Shown: positions 47,166 through 60,900 of the stretch, in pieces | Layout of the letters: every line of letters starts with the position of its first letter | Position numbering within the stretch: position 1 is the stretch's first letter | Origin: Amphiscolops sp. MND2022 | Lineage: Eukaryota | Length of the DNA: 64,000 bases | Reading direction: 5' to 3' | NCBI GenBank assembly: GCA_964187785.1 | Contig: OZ076409.1 | Span: forward strand, 44,766,001-44,830,000 | The notes under the pieces: generated by a model | Seen by the model: the letters and a program-made list of their open reading frames with translations, nothing else | Told to the model about the DNA's origin: nothing | Database searches by the model: none | Position numbers and translations under genes: made by a program

Positions 47166-50100
47166 TGTGGTAGAAATGCAAATTAGCACGATAAGCATAT
47201 TAGTCAACATATTATGTACATTAAAGAAGTAAATGCCAACGCAAGAGCGTGAGAAAAAGATAAAATAGCAGTTCAGGCCATAACATACAGTGACGCAAAC
47301 TCACACTCTTTCGCTAAATTTGATTCTGTTGTCAAGTCTGAGAGAATCACCAACATGGCGGTGCGAGTCAAGGACTTTGACGACGCACCTTCATACCCTC
47401 TTCCGGGACTTTCATACTTTTGGCAGGACGCGGAAATACCCACTGCAACAGAATGGAACAATCTAGCAAAACTAATTGAATTGGCAGTAATAGCCAGACA
47501 TTCAATTTCAATCTCGAACTCCAACAGAAGAAAACATATTAATTCAAGCCTTATTGGGAAACTTTACAGTCCCTACCGCTACATAGAAAGTAGTAAGGCT
47601 ATAGTTATTTTTCCATTGAAAAAACTGGCCCAATGATGATAACCGACAAGTTCCCGCAAAGAAACATCTTCGTAGTTGAACCTGCCGAAATGTTGAAGAC
47701 ATGCAGATCGTGTTTCGAGGTGAGAAGAAATCGCTTATTGGACAGAAACACTTTCCTCTCAAGATAACAACAACCAACGGAATCACTTGACCAGTTTTGG
47801 AATATCCTGGATGGTTTTGCGGCGAATTGTGACTCTGGAGAACAGACGCAAAGCTTAGTGTACGACATCCTAAATATGTCTAACAAGCAGGTACAAGGGC
47901 AATTTTGTACTTAATCAAAGGAAGAACCGGCAGAGACATTTCAGTACTCTATTGCATTTCAAGAAGACAGAATACCGGCTCACCTGTAACTGTTTTTACT
48001 GTTGCTGATATAAAGAAAATAATGCGCAGGAATGACCTCTAAGTGAGAACAGTGGTCGAAGGGCAGAAACAAGTAGATTTCAATGGTAAACCCCTGAATC
48101 TCTTGTGCTACGTGTTCTGTTAGGTACGAGTGGGCGAAAAAGTAATAAAGAAAGCAAGCATTTTTGTCGCAAACACAGGCATTAAGTTCATAGTGGGAAG
48201 AGAGTGGTTGTCAACGTTAAAATTCAAGATTGTTAAAAACCCAGTGGGTGAGATAGAAGTTAATGTAATTGAGAAAGAAGTAGAGCAGTTAAATCCGGAA
48301 ACAAAAACATTCGTAAACGGATTCCCAAAACCGTTTTAAAGAAAAAGGAAAGTAAAAGATCACAAAATCAAAATAAAAATCAAAGACGACGCTACAATTA
48401 CTCAACAAATGCGAAGAAGAACCCCCATTTCAATGGAAAAAGCGATAGACGGGCAGATAAAAGAGTACCAAAACACGACTAAATCAAAAAAGTTGATGAC
48501 ATTAAGGACGATGTTTTTATCCAGCTAACTGTAATAACGGCAAAGAAAGACCAATCGGTAAAAACAGCATTGTATGCAAGAACGCCGAATAACTCAATTA
48601 ACAAAGATAAATAACACATGCTAACATCTGAGAAAATCAGATGGAAACAATAGCAGAAAGACTAAACAGCGCAGAACGAGAAGCTTGATACTCGTCAGTA
48701 GACTTAACATACGCGCATGGCCAAGTTCCCAAACACTGTAATTTCCAAATATCGGAGAATCAACGAGTACGTACCGTTTTGTAACAAGTTTTTAAGAACC
48801 AACTTCTATGCCAACAGAATTTCAAAATCTTGTGGACAACCTTTCAGCTAGATTTAGAGAAGTGTTTGTTTTTATTAACGATATTTTGTTCGTAACAGAG
48901 GAAAACTAAGACATAGCATTTGCCAAAGCCAAAAGTGCGGAAAGTATTTACCGAGTATGATTTGGCAAAATTGCTAATAGAGCCGGAAAAGTGCAAACTT
49001 GCACAAAATCAAAGTGAGTGGCTCGATTTTGAATCGACCAATTCAGCAGTTTTGCCACTTAGTAACAAAATGCATGTCTTCACAGAAAGATTGCGGCCAA
49101 CAAACTTGAATGAAAAAAAATCATATCATGTGCTGTTAATCAGCTGAATAAATTCATCTAGAAAATGGCAGCAGAATATTTCCCTTTCGGGAAGATACTA
49201 AAGAAACATGCAGATTGGAAGTGGTCTCCAGACTATGAGAAAGCATTCGATATGATCAATACGCAAGTGAAAAGCAGTTGAATTGACTTATTCTAAAAAA
49301 CGCTATCTAAAAATAATTTGCGACGCAATCAACAAAAATTAGGGGCAGTATTGCAACAACAACAAGAAAATAATCAAAACCAATTGCGTACGCATCCCGA
49401 TTTTTAACGGACTTCGAAAAAAATGTTCAATCAATGAAATGCACTTACTGGCGGTAGTATGGTCAGTTGAACCTCTTGAAAATTACGTGTAAGGAATTGA
49501 ATTCGAATTAGTATCTGATCATAAAGCTCTAAAAAGTGTACTGAGAGCGAACAAAGCGAACAAGATATTTTCTAGCTGTCTGACAAGAGTGGCGGATAGT
49601 CTACTTCAATTCGAATTCACCGTTTTTTATACTCCGGGAAGAACATTAGGAAGCGCGGCTTACTTACACGACATCTATCCCCAAATAGTCGCTTGGTAAA
49701 CAAATCAGAGCAAATGTTCAACGATTAGTTTGCACTTAACATTGTAAAGGGAGTTGTGAGATTTAGATGAAGCGATTACAGCGAAAAAAATGAAATCAAC
49801 AAAAGTGATTAGCGGAACTATTGGCAATGAGAATCAAGAACGCGCGTAATTCCAGCATCTCAGCAAAGCGACAGTGCGCTACAAAACACCAAAACAAATA
49901 AAAGCGTCAAAAATATTCCAAAAGCAAGCAATAACTTAACTGCCGCGAACTCGAGAATTATCCAAGTGTATGTTCAGGGAAATTACGAAGAGGATAAACA
50001 ATTGCCGAAAAAATTCAAAGTATACTAAAATCGCGACTCTGCCCAAATTGCACGACTTCCCGCTCATTGGAGTAAACAATTTAATTCGTTGAGCCTAAAT

Positions 50101-51949
50101 TCAAACAATTCAGTATATCTTGACGACCGATTAGATATACCAAAAGGCATGAGAGGAAATATGCTGACGACGATCCACTTTGGGTATGCGGGCAGAGATG
50201 CCATGTTGAGAGAGCCGCAGATGTTTGGTGGCACGAAATCCACTGGAAAATTGTAGAGAGGGCGAACAATTGCCCGGAATGTATCAAAGATGGTAAGATC
50301 TGAAGTGTCTCAAAAGTCAAAAGGAATTTGGAACATTGCCTCAGGCCAAAAACCAAACGAAGAACTTTCATTAGATTTCGCAGGCCCGTTTCAAAACGCA
50401 CCTCAAGGAAAAAAGTATATGTTGGTTTCTGTAGATATTAATTCGGCATGGCCGGTGGCGCTCTTTTTATCCAATCCGACTATAAAAGAAATTTAAAATT
50501 TTTGACAGAAAAAAATAGCACAACACGGAATTTCTCAGAGAATAAAGAAATTCGTTTAAAAGGAAATGGAAACCAACCCAGGAAAATTGTTTAAAAGCGA
50601 AAAATTCAGAAAGTTTTGTAAAGATAACTACATAAAACACATAAATTGTCCAATAAACTATAAAAAGAGGAAACGGGAAGGTTTTTAAGAATGATCAAGT
50701 CCGTAACTGAGAGACTTTGCATAAATAAAAGAGTAGTCCTAGAAAGCAAAAATCTATCAAGGATCATCTTTGCACTGAGAACTGAGATTGGATGGGAAGT
50801 CGGCATTTGAATGCCATATGAACCGAAAATCTAATATTCCAAAATCTGCAATGATGAACGATTTCTTTTCAGGACACTCAAATCTCCAACGTGAAGAATA
50901 CGATTCACCCCTGACGCTGACTCGACAGTTCTAGTCAACGAAATGACGAGAGAGTCCTAACCGGAAGGAACCTTTTCAAAAAAAGGCCAATATAGTGTCC
51001 GAATACAAAAACACGATCACCATTTTGCCTGATAAATGAAATCCGACCATAGTGTCCAAAAGCGACATGGCACTCAAACGGAACAAACCCACAAAAGCAA
51101 AAGAATTTGAAAAAATGGCAAAATTGTAAGAATTGCCACAAAGCAGCGATATGGCAATGAGGAAGAATAGGACCAAAAAGAAGAGGACACTAAGGCTAGA
51201 ATCATCATCGAGCGATCTTGAAGAAACGGTTGGAGAAAGCAGCATTTAGATGAAGCAAGAAGTTCCGACCGGAAGCATCACAAAAACCCCTATCAGAAAC
51301 GGGCGCGGACCCAATTGCAGAATCTGGTCAAATGACAGAAGTGGGAGAAGGGGAGGTTACGGAGGAAATCCTAGTCGGAAACAATCATGTATGGACAATC
51401 AGAAGAAGGAGAAGAAGAAGTCATTCCTGTGAACTTACCCATCTGAAGAGAGGCAAGTTGGGAAGAATCGAAAAAAAACGCGCTCAGAGCGCCTGGTGAA
51501 AAGACCAGAATAGCTGGGGCAAAACATTATGGTTAGCTCAGTGGAAGAAAGAAAGTATGAAGAAAAAACTAAAAGGTAAAAACAAACATTGTTAAAAGAC
51601 CAAACACCCTTTACATTGTTGCAAGTGTTGTGTTGTAGCTATTTGGCGACTTAAAGTTTGTACTATTGTTCTTAGTAGACTTTAATGGCAAAAGTGGGTG
51701 ACCTTTTGAGTGATTCCACAAATTGTAATCCTTAGCCATTTTTGTTTAAAAAGGGGAATGTATTAGAGTTGTGAATTAACATGATATAAATATTTGTCAA
51801 CATTTTATGTAATTTACAGAAGTACCTGCCAATGCTGGAGAGTGAGAATGAGATAAAGTAGCAGTTCACGCTATAGCATACAGTTACGCTATTTCACACT
51901 CTTTTGCCAAATCTGATTTTTTTTGACAAGTTTGAGAATATCGTCAACA
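47166..51949 (+). mobile_element. Old two-LTR Ty3/Gypsy retrotransposon
   Basis: LTRs 47166-47355 and 51759-51949 (TG...CA, clearly diverged), PBS TGGCG at 47356, PPT AAAAAGGGGAA, TSD TAAGT/TAGGT; gag, RT, RNase H and integrase (LDFAGPF) remnants. Confidence 0.92.
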
Positions 51950-53089
51950 TAGGTCAAGTAAAGATGATCATCTTTACCTGTCCTACAAACAGTATAAGAC
52001 CAAACGTTGATAAACTTTTACCTCAAGGAACAGTTCCGCTTTTCGGTTTTTGTAAAGTTTTCGGTAAGGAGAGAAGTTTTTCTTGAGTTCAAAAGCCTCT
52101 TTTGGATGTTTTTGGGCACTGTGTTTTTTCCAGAATTTTCCTAAAACATTATCCTGCTCGGTCCATTTTCAATATTTTTTCAAAAGACTTTTTCACAAAG
52201 ATTCTAACGGAATTAGTAACCGGTGATAATTGAATTACTTTTTCTTGTCAAAAAATATTATATTCTATTCTAGTGGTAAGGACAGTTCAATTCAAATGGT
52301 AATCTTCACATTTCAGTTGAGGTAATAAAAATCCGAGTTTTTGATATCGGATTGCTGTCTTGGGATCATGTGAGTTATAAAAACTCATGGGTAATAATAA
52401 AGTTTCAAATGCTGTAACTTCTGAGTTCAAAACATTTCGAAGGTAACTAAGGCGTTAGAAGCAAATTTGGAAGCTAAAAATCAACAGGAAGTTGTAGCTT
52501 TTATGATTTTGTGTATCGAAGTCTTTAGCAACTCTTGATTATGTTGAACAGGTACTGGTAATTGAATGTAGTAACAACACAAACACTTGTCCACATACTT
52601 CAAAAAATCAACCGTAGTAAAATTGCGCCAACGTTCGAGAATTCGAACGATTATTTTTGCAAACAGTGAAAGCAACACAGTTGCATTTTATTGCAATGCA
52701 AAAACTTTGTGGCTATTTTCTAGCGTTTTTCCAATTGCTTCGCTAAGAAGGCTTTGCTAATTTTTTGTCACATGCAGTGTTCATTTTATCCTCTATTCTT
52801 TGAGCAGAATTTGAACTTATATGTTTAATTGAGTCAATGCATAATTTAAGACTATTCGAGGAGAACGAAAAATGCGATAAAAATGAATGCACCGAGCTTG
52901 CCACAACTATGAATGGAAATTCGTTCATTAGAATCATTGTTCTTTAATTTGTACAATATGTTGTCTGTAACTCCATTTGATAATTTTTCGAATACTGTAT
53001 AATCAAATTGACGTCATACAAGTTTCCACATAAAAGAAACACTAATATTTGCTATTTGCATATAAAAGAACGATTTTGATAATGAAGAA

Positions 53090-53920
53090 CTCGGGTTGAC
53101 CCTCCATGGATATCTTAGTAAGATCTTAGCAAGATACTGCCAAGAATTGCAAGATGTTATGGTAAGATCTTATCAAGAGAGCCATGTTCCCAAGAAATAT
53201 TTTATTGTAAAATCCTATTTGGCCAGAAAAATTCTTAAAGGAAGTCAACAAAATTCAACATTTATGCAGATTTACATTGTTAGAATATGACCGCGCTTTC
53301 TAGCTGTAAGAAGGCTGCTGAAACAGGCTCATAGAAAGGTGAAGATATGATTTTACAAAAATTTCGGATCTTTAGGTGTTTCCTGTGTAACTTTCCGATA
53401 GTGGCTCTGGACGTTTGGGAGCATTTTTCTCTCTCTGGAATTGACAGAAGTGATAAATTACACGTTTTGGAAAGCCCTTGAAATGACCTTCCATTTGGTA
53501 CATTCGCATTTCTCAGTCCTAAACAGGTGAGCAGTTTTTAGGATTCTCGTCAAAATTTCGGAAACCAGAATAGGTTATCGTAATTTTTCACGCATTTTTG
53601 CATGCAAAAGTTTTTCAGCAGGTTTAAGCATTTTGATTATGAAAACGAGTAGAAATAGACGTTGTTGGGTGAAATGAGCCCTTAGATTGAGTCTCCGCTG
53701 CTTGCACCGAAGGTATAGTGTTTTTTTTATAATCTTAAAATTTTGTCCATCGTGATAAAATACGATCTTCGAATAATTATTATTATCTTAGCAAGATGTA
53801 TTATCTTAGTAAGATCTTAATAAGAATCTTGCCATGGGACCCATGGTTGCCAAGATATAGTAAGAATTTGACAAGATCTTGCCGAGACAGCCAAGATGCT
53901 AGTAAGAGGGTTAACCCGGG
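53090..53920. mobile_element. Non-autonomous TIR element (CMC/EnSpm-like MITE)
   Basis: CTCGGGTTGACCCTC / GAGGGTTAACCCGGG ends (13 of 15), AA on both flanks, arrays of AAGATCTT near both ends; partial relative at about 56441-56520. Confidence 0.7.
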
Positions 53921-54105
53921 AATAGATAATTTCGAATTTTTATGGAAACACGCTGGAATATTTTGATCATACTCTCGAAGAGTTTTGATAACATTTGCGT
54001 TTTAACAACATTCTTTTACGCGCATGATTAGAAATTGCACTGAAAAGTTTGTTGCCGGTGAGGAATAATAATACAAGATGAATCATTCCAACACAACTGA
54101 TGATA

Positions 54106-55322
54106 CAGTATGTTTCCAAAATGTTGAATACGGCAAACCTGTTTTTTAAAAACGGAAAATTCAACATGAACTAAACATAAGACAAAGAAATCATATCAAA
54201 GCAACTATTTCAAAATCGGGAAATGAATCCATTACTAGAAGCAACTGCTTCTAGGGGCTCGGGAATGCTGTCATAAAGTTTTTGAACAGTCTCTAACGAT
54301 CGAATTCCAAATTTCTTGCACTTTTTCCTCTAAATTCTCCCATGAAACAGTTTGTTTTGCCAATCTTTTCTTCACAATTGCCCAAAGGTTCTCAATAATG
54401 TTCAGATAAGGGCTGTATGGTGGCCAATCAAGTACTTCCCATTCATTTTCGCGGAAAAAATGCTTGATAATTGAAGCTTTATGAGTGGGCGCGTTGTCTT
54501 GTTGAAAAACTAAGCCCGGAAAAAGCAATTTTTCGTTGTAATCTTTCAGAATATCAAGATAACTGCTGCTTGTTAGGGTATTGGGGCATTTAACCGACAT
54601 TTTCCGACCATCCGATCGAATTGCACCCCAAAACATCAGCGATCGTCTGTCAGTTGTCACATTTTTGACGTTTTTTTGCGCATAACGAGTGTTTTTTTGC
54701 AAAAAACACGAACAGTTTCGTCACTTGTGAGCTTCACTCGTGTTTCATCAGTGAACCAGTTACCAATATTCAGCTGATTTTTTAATCATTTTTTGTGACC
54801 ATTTTTTCCGAAAAGCAGCAGACGTTTTTTTGATGCTGAACTTTTTGGCCGCAACTCTTCTAAAAACGCCATGTTTTCTCAATATTCTTCTCACAGTTGT
54901 TCTCGAAATTGATTCTTTGGTCAAAAAAGAATTGTATTTAACCCGAATTCTCTCCAGAGTTGTTTTGGGATCTTTGAGAACATCTTTGACCAATTTTCTT
55001 TGGGTTTTTTCCGATGACTTTGGAGGACGACCAGTGGATTTTTTTGTAAAAAAACTTTTGTTTTTGTTGTAACCCCTGAAAACTGATTGGGCCGTTGACT
55101 TCAAACCTAATTCATCTGCAATTTTCTGATACGAAAATCCTGCTTTTTCCAACGTAACAATTTGACAAGCAATAAAAGAATCGAATGGTGCTGGCATGGC
55201 ATTTCCGACTATGTTTTAACGTTACAACAAGTGAAATGATTTCACACATTTTTGTTAGCAAAGAAAATTTTGAAAATTTCTTCAGCTTTGAAAGCCGTAT
55301 TCAACATTTTGGAACCATACTG
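54106..55322 (-). mobile_element. Tc1-family DNA transposon, full length (1217 bp)
   Basis: 29-bp TIRs CAGTATG(T/G)TTCCAAAATGTTGAATACGGC with one mismatch; TA on both sides. Confidence 0.96.
54271..55197 (-). pseudogene. Tc1 DD34E transposase, disrupted
   Basis: HTH and GRP region in 54760-55197; FTDE near 54745-54756; FQQDNAPTH, 34 residues, then IENLW; stop and frameshift between the two ORFs. Confidence 0.93.
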
Positions 55323-55689
55323 TAATATACTACCACAATCTTTAATGAAAATTCTGGTGAAAACATTTCGGGAAAAATGTGCACAGTGTTGAAAAAAAAA
55401 CAAAGGACTCTCTGATATGTCAAGGTTTGCAAAGAAAAGTATTGGGAAGCTCGCATCCAAACTACCGGCAGCGTAAAGAATCTGAGTTCAAAACGTTGAC
55501 ACTACTCATACATTATGGGGTTTGACGAGAAAAACATTAGTCACTGTATTAGTCGGGAACAAAATTGCGATAGCTTTTTTTTTACTGAAAATGGCTTTCA
55601 ATGTTGATAGGAAAAAATTTCGTGTTCAATGCCACCAAAAGATTACAACTGGGTAAACTATGCAACCAGCTTCATGTTTATAATCTGAC

Positions 55690-56262
55690 AAGTATGTTCA
55701 CGCGCCAGCCCTGTTTTCGCACTTCCGCCTCCCCTTTGGTAAAACGCAATATGGTTCGGATACAACGTCAAAAAATCGGATATTACGCATTACTTTGGAT
55801 ATTAAGTCAAAAATTCGGATAATATTGAAAAAAATATTGGTAGATATCTAATGAGAAACCTAATATCAGACGAAAAAAAAAGAATTCTGAACGCTTGGTG
55901 CCGAAAAATGTAAAAGGGGGACGACCCTTTGGGAGTTTCTAACATCCGCATCCGTTCTGTTGCAAAATTTCAAAAAAAATTGAAAGAAGACGCTTTGGAG
56001 ACGTTAAAAAATTTTTGAGAAGCCGAAAAAGGGTTAAATCTCAGAGTGCCAAAAAATTGAAAGGGCGACCCTTCTGTTTTGAAATAATTTTGTATTTCAT
56101 ATAAGAGGCTTTGGATGCGTTCAAAATCGAGTACTAAGTACTTTTTGTAAAAGTGCACATAATGCATGAAAAGTGGACCATTCAGAGTGGCACCGACAAA
56201 CAAACTAGTCACTGTAAAAGTCGGACTTTTTTTCCTCAAGGGAAAAGGCACCGACTAAAAAA
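55690..56262 (-). mobile_element. HINE/Helentron copy (partial)
   Basis: GTCACTGTAAAAGTCGG...GGCACCGACTAAAAA end plus family-typical internal blocks; left boundary approximate. Confidence 0.7.
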
Positions 56263-56735
56263 ACGTTTAGTAACTTTCTGAGTTCATTACATTGATGCAA
56301 TTTATTAAGTTCCGGGATCCACTAAAAATTTAGGCATCTCGTTTCGCTATATACAAACATGTACGAATGTTTCTTTTGAGATCTCAAATGTAATAGAAGT
56401 ATTGCTAAATTACATGCAATGTCACGGTTTTAATAATTACACGGGTTGACACTCCATGCATATGTTACCAAGACCTTCCCATGATACGCATGTTGTCGTG
56501 GTAAGATCTTATCAAGACAGGCAAGTTCGGACAAAAAACTTAGTTTAGAAGGCCACAATGGCACAAAAAGATGAATTCGAACTGAACTGTTATACTATAT
56601 TTCTATTAGTGTATTTTGTTTATTTCACTCGAAAATAATTTTTGCAAACTCCAGACATCAAGTCCAGTCCGTTATCCGGCCGGACTTCAGAACAATGTCC
56701 GGTCCGTTATCCGAACGGAATTTTGACGAAATATC

Positions 56736-57130
56736 TGTAAGGAATAAGGTCCTCCGTGACTCTTCGATTAAAGGCAGACCTACATTCCTTTTTTGTAATG
56801 TTAGTTTTCAACCACTTAATTTCCATTGTGGTTCTCCGGATTATTCGATGACGAACCAGACTCAGTGTCCCTATTCCCTGAAGATATCGAACTCATGATA
56901 TTCTGAATCTCCGGGATTACTCTTTTAGAAATTGCTGAGCTTAGGGCATTATTAATCTGTGTATGCATTATGGGCATCATGGAGTCCATCTCTTGAGACA
57001 AACTTAGGTTAATTTCATTCGTGAAAGTTTCCATCGACTCAATGAGTCTATCTTGTCTTGGAATCACTTTTCCATGATTGAAATCCCTAAATTCAATATC
57101 CTGGGAAAGATTTTCACTAGGTTGAACATT
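56736..57130 (-). repeat. Probable LTR 3' fragment with an ORF remnant
   Basis: ORF 56816-57067 (LSQEMDSMM...ISKRVIPEIQNIM) runs towards ...CCTTACA at 56736, the same layout as the solo LTRs. Confidence 0.5.
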
Positions 57131-57934
57131 AGATTTGCGGCAGCAACTTTAAGATTAAAAGTAAATAAAAAGTGATCCATTCAGCGGCGCTATAGACTAG
57201 TGGTTGATCCGTTCGCATCCGAATATTACAAAAGGCGTTAGAATCCCGATATCCGCAAATTATTCGGAAAAGACTCTCCGTATTTTTTGTACTTTTAACA
57301 ATAGAAAATATCTAAAAAGCCTTGCTAATCAGATCAAAAGGTGAGTCAAATTCTTATGTTTTGTGTGATTAAGTAATTTCGGCAGTAGATAATTTTTCTT
57401 CTACTTCAATTCATTGTTAGTTTTGATCTCCAACATTCAACTCCATAATTGTTTTGTATACGATACTTAGTGAGCGAGAACTAAGGATTTAAATGGTGGC
57501 CATTGAGAGGCCCTGTAAATTCTGTTATTGAATAAACACAAAACAAGAGGAAGATCGTCATCTTATGCACTGAATCCTTCTTGCTCACTTCCAACGGTCT
57601 CGCTTACTTCATCAGATAAAAGTTGCTACAACTCCCAACTACAACATCAAATAGACGCTTCACTGAGTCCACCCATTTGAACCAGTCCATTCGACTAAAT
57701 GGGAGAGAAAGAGGTGCTTCTGAGCCCGGGTCAACTGTAGACCTCCAACTATGAGACGTTGAAACTCACGGAAAACCTAGCCCTATTAAAGACGTAACAG
57801 AAACGCGGGCTTCAGATTTGGACTGGGTGCCGAACACAGAATTTAATTATGCTCCGACAAATCGGCATCATCGTGATCATCAACATACGTAATCAAGCCA
57901 ACAGAACGGGTCATATGACAACAAGAAATCAAAT

Positions 57935-60900
57935 TGTTACAACTACAAAATGAAGCAAGGAAACCACCACATGAGAAGACTATAGAGGTAATCAGTTGCG
58001 ATTGAACAAAATATCCAATCTTTGAATCCAGAATTACAGAGAAATACCGTTGCCATAAACCAAAGCCCTAAGTTGCCACCCAAAGAAACGTAAGTGCCCA
58101 CCGGAGTCCCGACGGTGTTCCCCGAAACCGTTTTCCGACGGTTTCCACGAAAACGCTGATGGTGCTTCATTCATAGCAAGGCCTTTGAAAATTTGTTGAT
58201 ATAACATAACGTTCTTATCGTTATTAGAAGTTAATTAGAGCCATAAAAAATTTCTTCTGAGCAAAATTTTTTTCTTTTTGCGCTTTGTAAAAAAACGTTA
58301 CATCACGCTCTTGATTTATGATCCCCCGAAGCAATAAAAGCTTTCAACGAAAAAAATTACACGTTACCGAGGCTTAGTTTGGATTGTCATGCAAAAAGCC
58401 CGCAAAAAATTGTTCAAACTTTGTTGGTAAAAGATTCCGCAGAAAACACATAAATTGTGATGTGCTGAATAATAGCTTGTCAGAACATAAAAGCAACAAT
58501 TTTCGAGCGCTGTCTGTTTGTGAGTTACTGAAAATTTTGAAATCTCTAGAAAACAATCTCCGAGCTCTTGTGTATTGCCATCGAATCCGAACGCCGGACC
58601 TTTCTGACATTCTAAAAACGCAAAAGATTCCTGTTTTCTTAATTGGAAACAATTTCTTTTCGACAAGAAAACAAAACGATCCGAAAATTTTGATTGAATT
58701 GAAGGCAATAAACCAGAGACATGAGTTTGAGTTCAAACATTTGGACATAATTCTCCAAAACGAAACCGATCTAACGCAGATAATTGCCAAAAGTCGTTCT
58801 AAGCGACCAAGTAACCGTGCCAGTAAGGCTTTGGAGAACGCTGCTTTAATCTGAAGTCTTTCTCTCCCAAACGCTTCGTTGTTGTGACAGTGTCCAGACT
58901 TCATTGTCAGGTTGAAGTCGCAACAACTTTCCTCCAAGTTTTGGACTGTATCCGGACTTGACTGACCGCTTGACGTTCACAACGACTTTTTCAATACTAT
59001 GACTGCGTGTTATACGCTACTCAGGTATTGTAAAAATTATCACCTACTTTTAACCCAAAACAAACAATTTAACCGTCTTCCAAACGCAACATCCTCCAAA
59101 ACAATTAGTGTCAGAGTTTTTCCTTGCATTGTTAACAGCATAGTTGAATTTCAGAACTGTGTCCGGTCTTAGTTGTCTGGTTGATGTACTGTAAGTGATT
59201 CCGCTGTTTCGAACATAATTTAGTGCTGGGAGCATTACAGAAAAGGTCCATAAATAAATTTTAAGGAGCCACCCATTTGGAACCCTTTTATAATGGCTGA
59301 CACGATGCAAAAGAAGGTCTCCAAACTGCATGATAGCGGTGCTCAACAAGGTCCAACAAAAGCACAATGACGCCATTGGAATTGCCGAACGGCGTGTTCG
59401 AGTTGATCGATTAGTAACTTCGTGTGAGGAAGCCATGACTAAAGCCTTTGCAAAAAAACGAACAACGCTTAGACCTAGCCGACTAATCATCCAACCCAGA
59501 GTCAGTGAAGCCGGACTTGGAGAAGTGGTTAAACGACGTTGCTGTCGAAAACAATGAAATACTGAAAAAAGCTCTTGAACATCTGGCTAAAAGTCAGCAA
59601 ACCGACAACGCTTCGCAAACTTCAATAAATTCATCGACGAGCAACACAAAGTCGAGTAAAATTTTAAATTCTCTGCGATCAAAGACATCAAGTTAGCGAG
59701 CGACAGAAATGCTACTCCTTGCAAAACAAAGGCATGAAGAAAATGAGAAGCAAAATGAAGCTGCACTCCGACTAACTCAGCAAAAGCAAAGTCTTAAACT
59801 CTAACGAATGCAGCCAGAACAAGAGCGTCTCAAGGAAGAACTTGCACTTAGACTCGCCGAGGTGCAGGAAGAAAACCGTAGAAAACTGGCTGCGGCAACA
59901 CTGATTGAATTAGAACTTCAAGATGATCTGTCGGAGACAAATTTCGGATTCAATGAGACTTTGTCACAATTGAGTAAAGACAGCCATGAATAACAGTCAG
60001 CTCTATTTAACGAAGTACCAGTTGTTGAATCGAATCAGGAACCGACAGTGTGTACGCAGCCGTTGCCCATAGCTGCATCTGCATCAAACAAAAACGCTGC
60101 TGGTTCATCGCCTACATTTGCTACTGGGCAAAATACTATCACATCGGAGAGGAAAAACACCACAGCACACGCTCCTTTGTCGCTGGCAACAATTGAGCTA
60201 TTGAATCGATCTATCAACACAATTGTTGGTTTACATGGCCAGCCTCAGGTTCTGCCTGATCTGCCTACACTGGCGTTGAACCCCGATTTGCTGGTCTGGA
60301 GTTTTCCGATTGTCAATGCTGCCCAACAATTGACAGTCACCTCTGTGGTGCCACCCCCACTGCAACCATACCGTCAACCATTCCCGCGAACAATAGTGTT
60401 TTATCTACAGCATCCGTTTTTCCAATCTCGAGTGGAGGAACCGTTTACTACGTGCCACCGACTGCCGTGGCGACCTCGACAGCAAGCTGTAGTGTACCTC
60501 AGAATTCAACAACATTTCCCAGTGTTACTGCCTCATCCTTGGTACCTGCAACTTCGTTTACTTTGCCACAACCGTCAGTAAACAGCTTCACAGTACAAGA
60601 CCTTCCACATCTTTTGACTTCGACAAAGAAAGATGAGTCGATCTCCCTGAGTGGAAACTGGCACAGTTTAATATCGACCCTCTTCAATGGCATGAATGGT
60701 TCGACCACTTCAAGAGTGCCATTGATTCTTCTTCACTTACAGACGACGTGAAAGTTACTTTCATGAAGACACTTGTTACTGGAAAAACCAAAACAGCAAT
60801 TGCTGAGTTTGCAAACCGCGGGAAAATGTACAAGGACGCATTTAAGACTCTTGAACGGAAATTTGGCCAACCACAGGCTGTGGTCAGTGCCTATTCAGAC

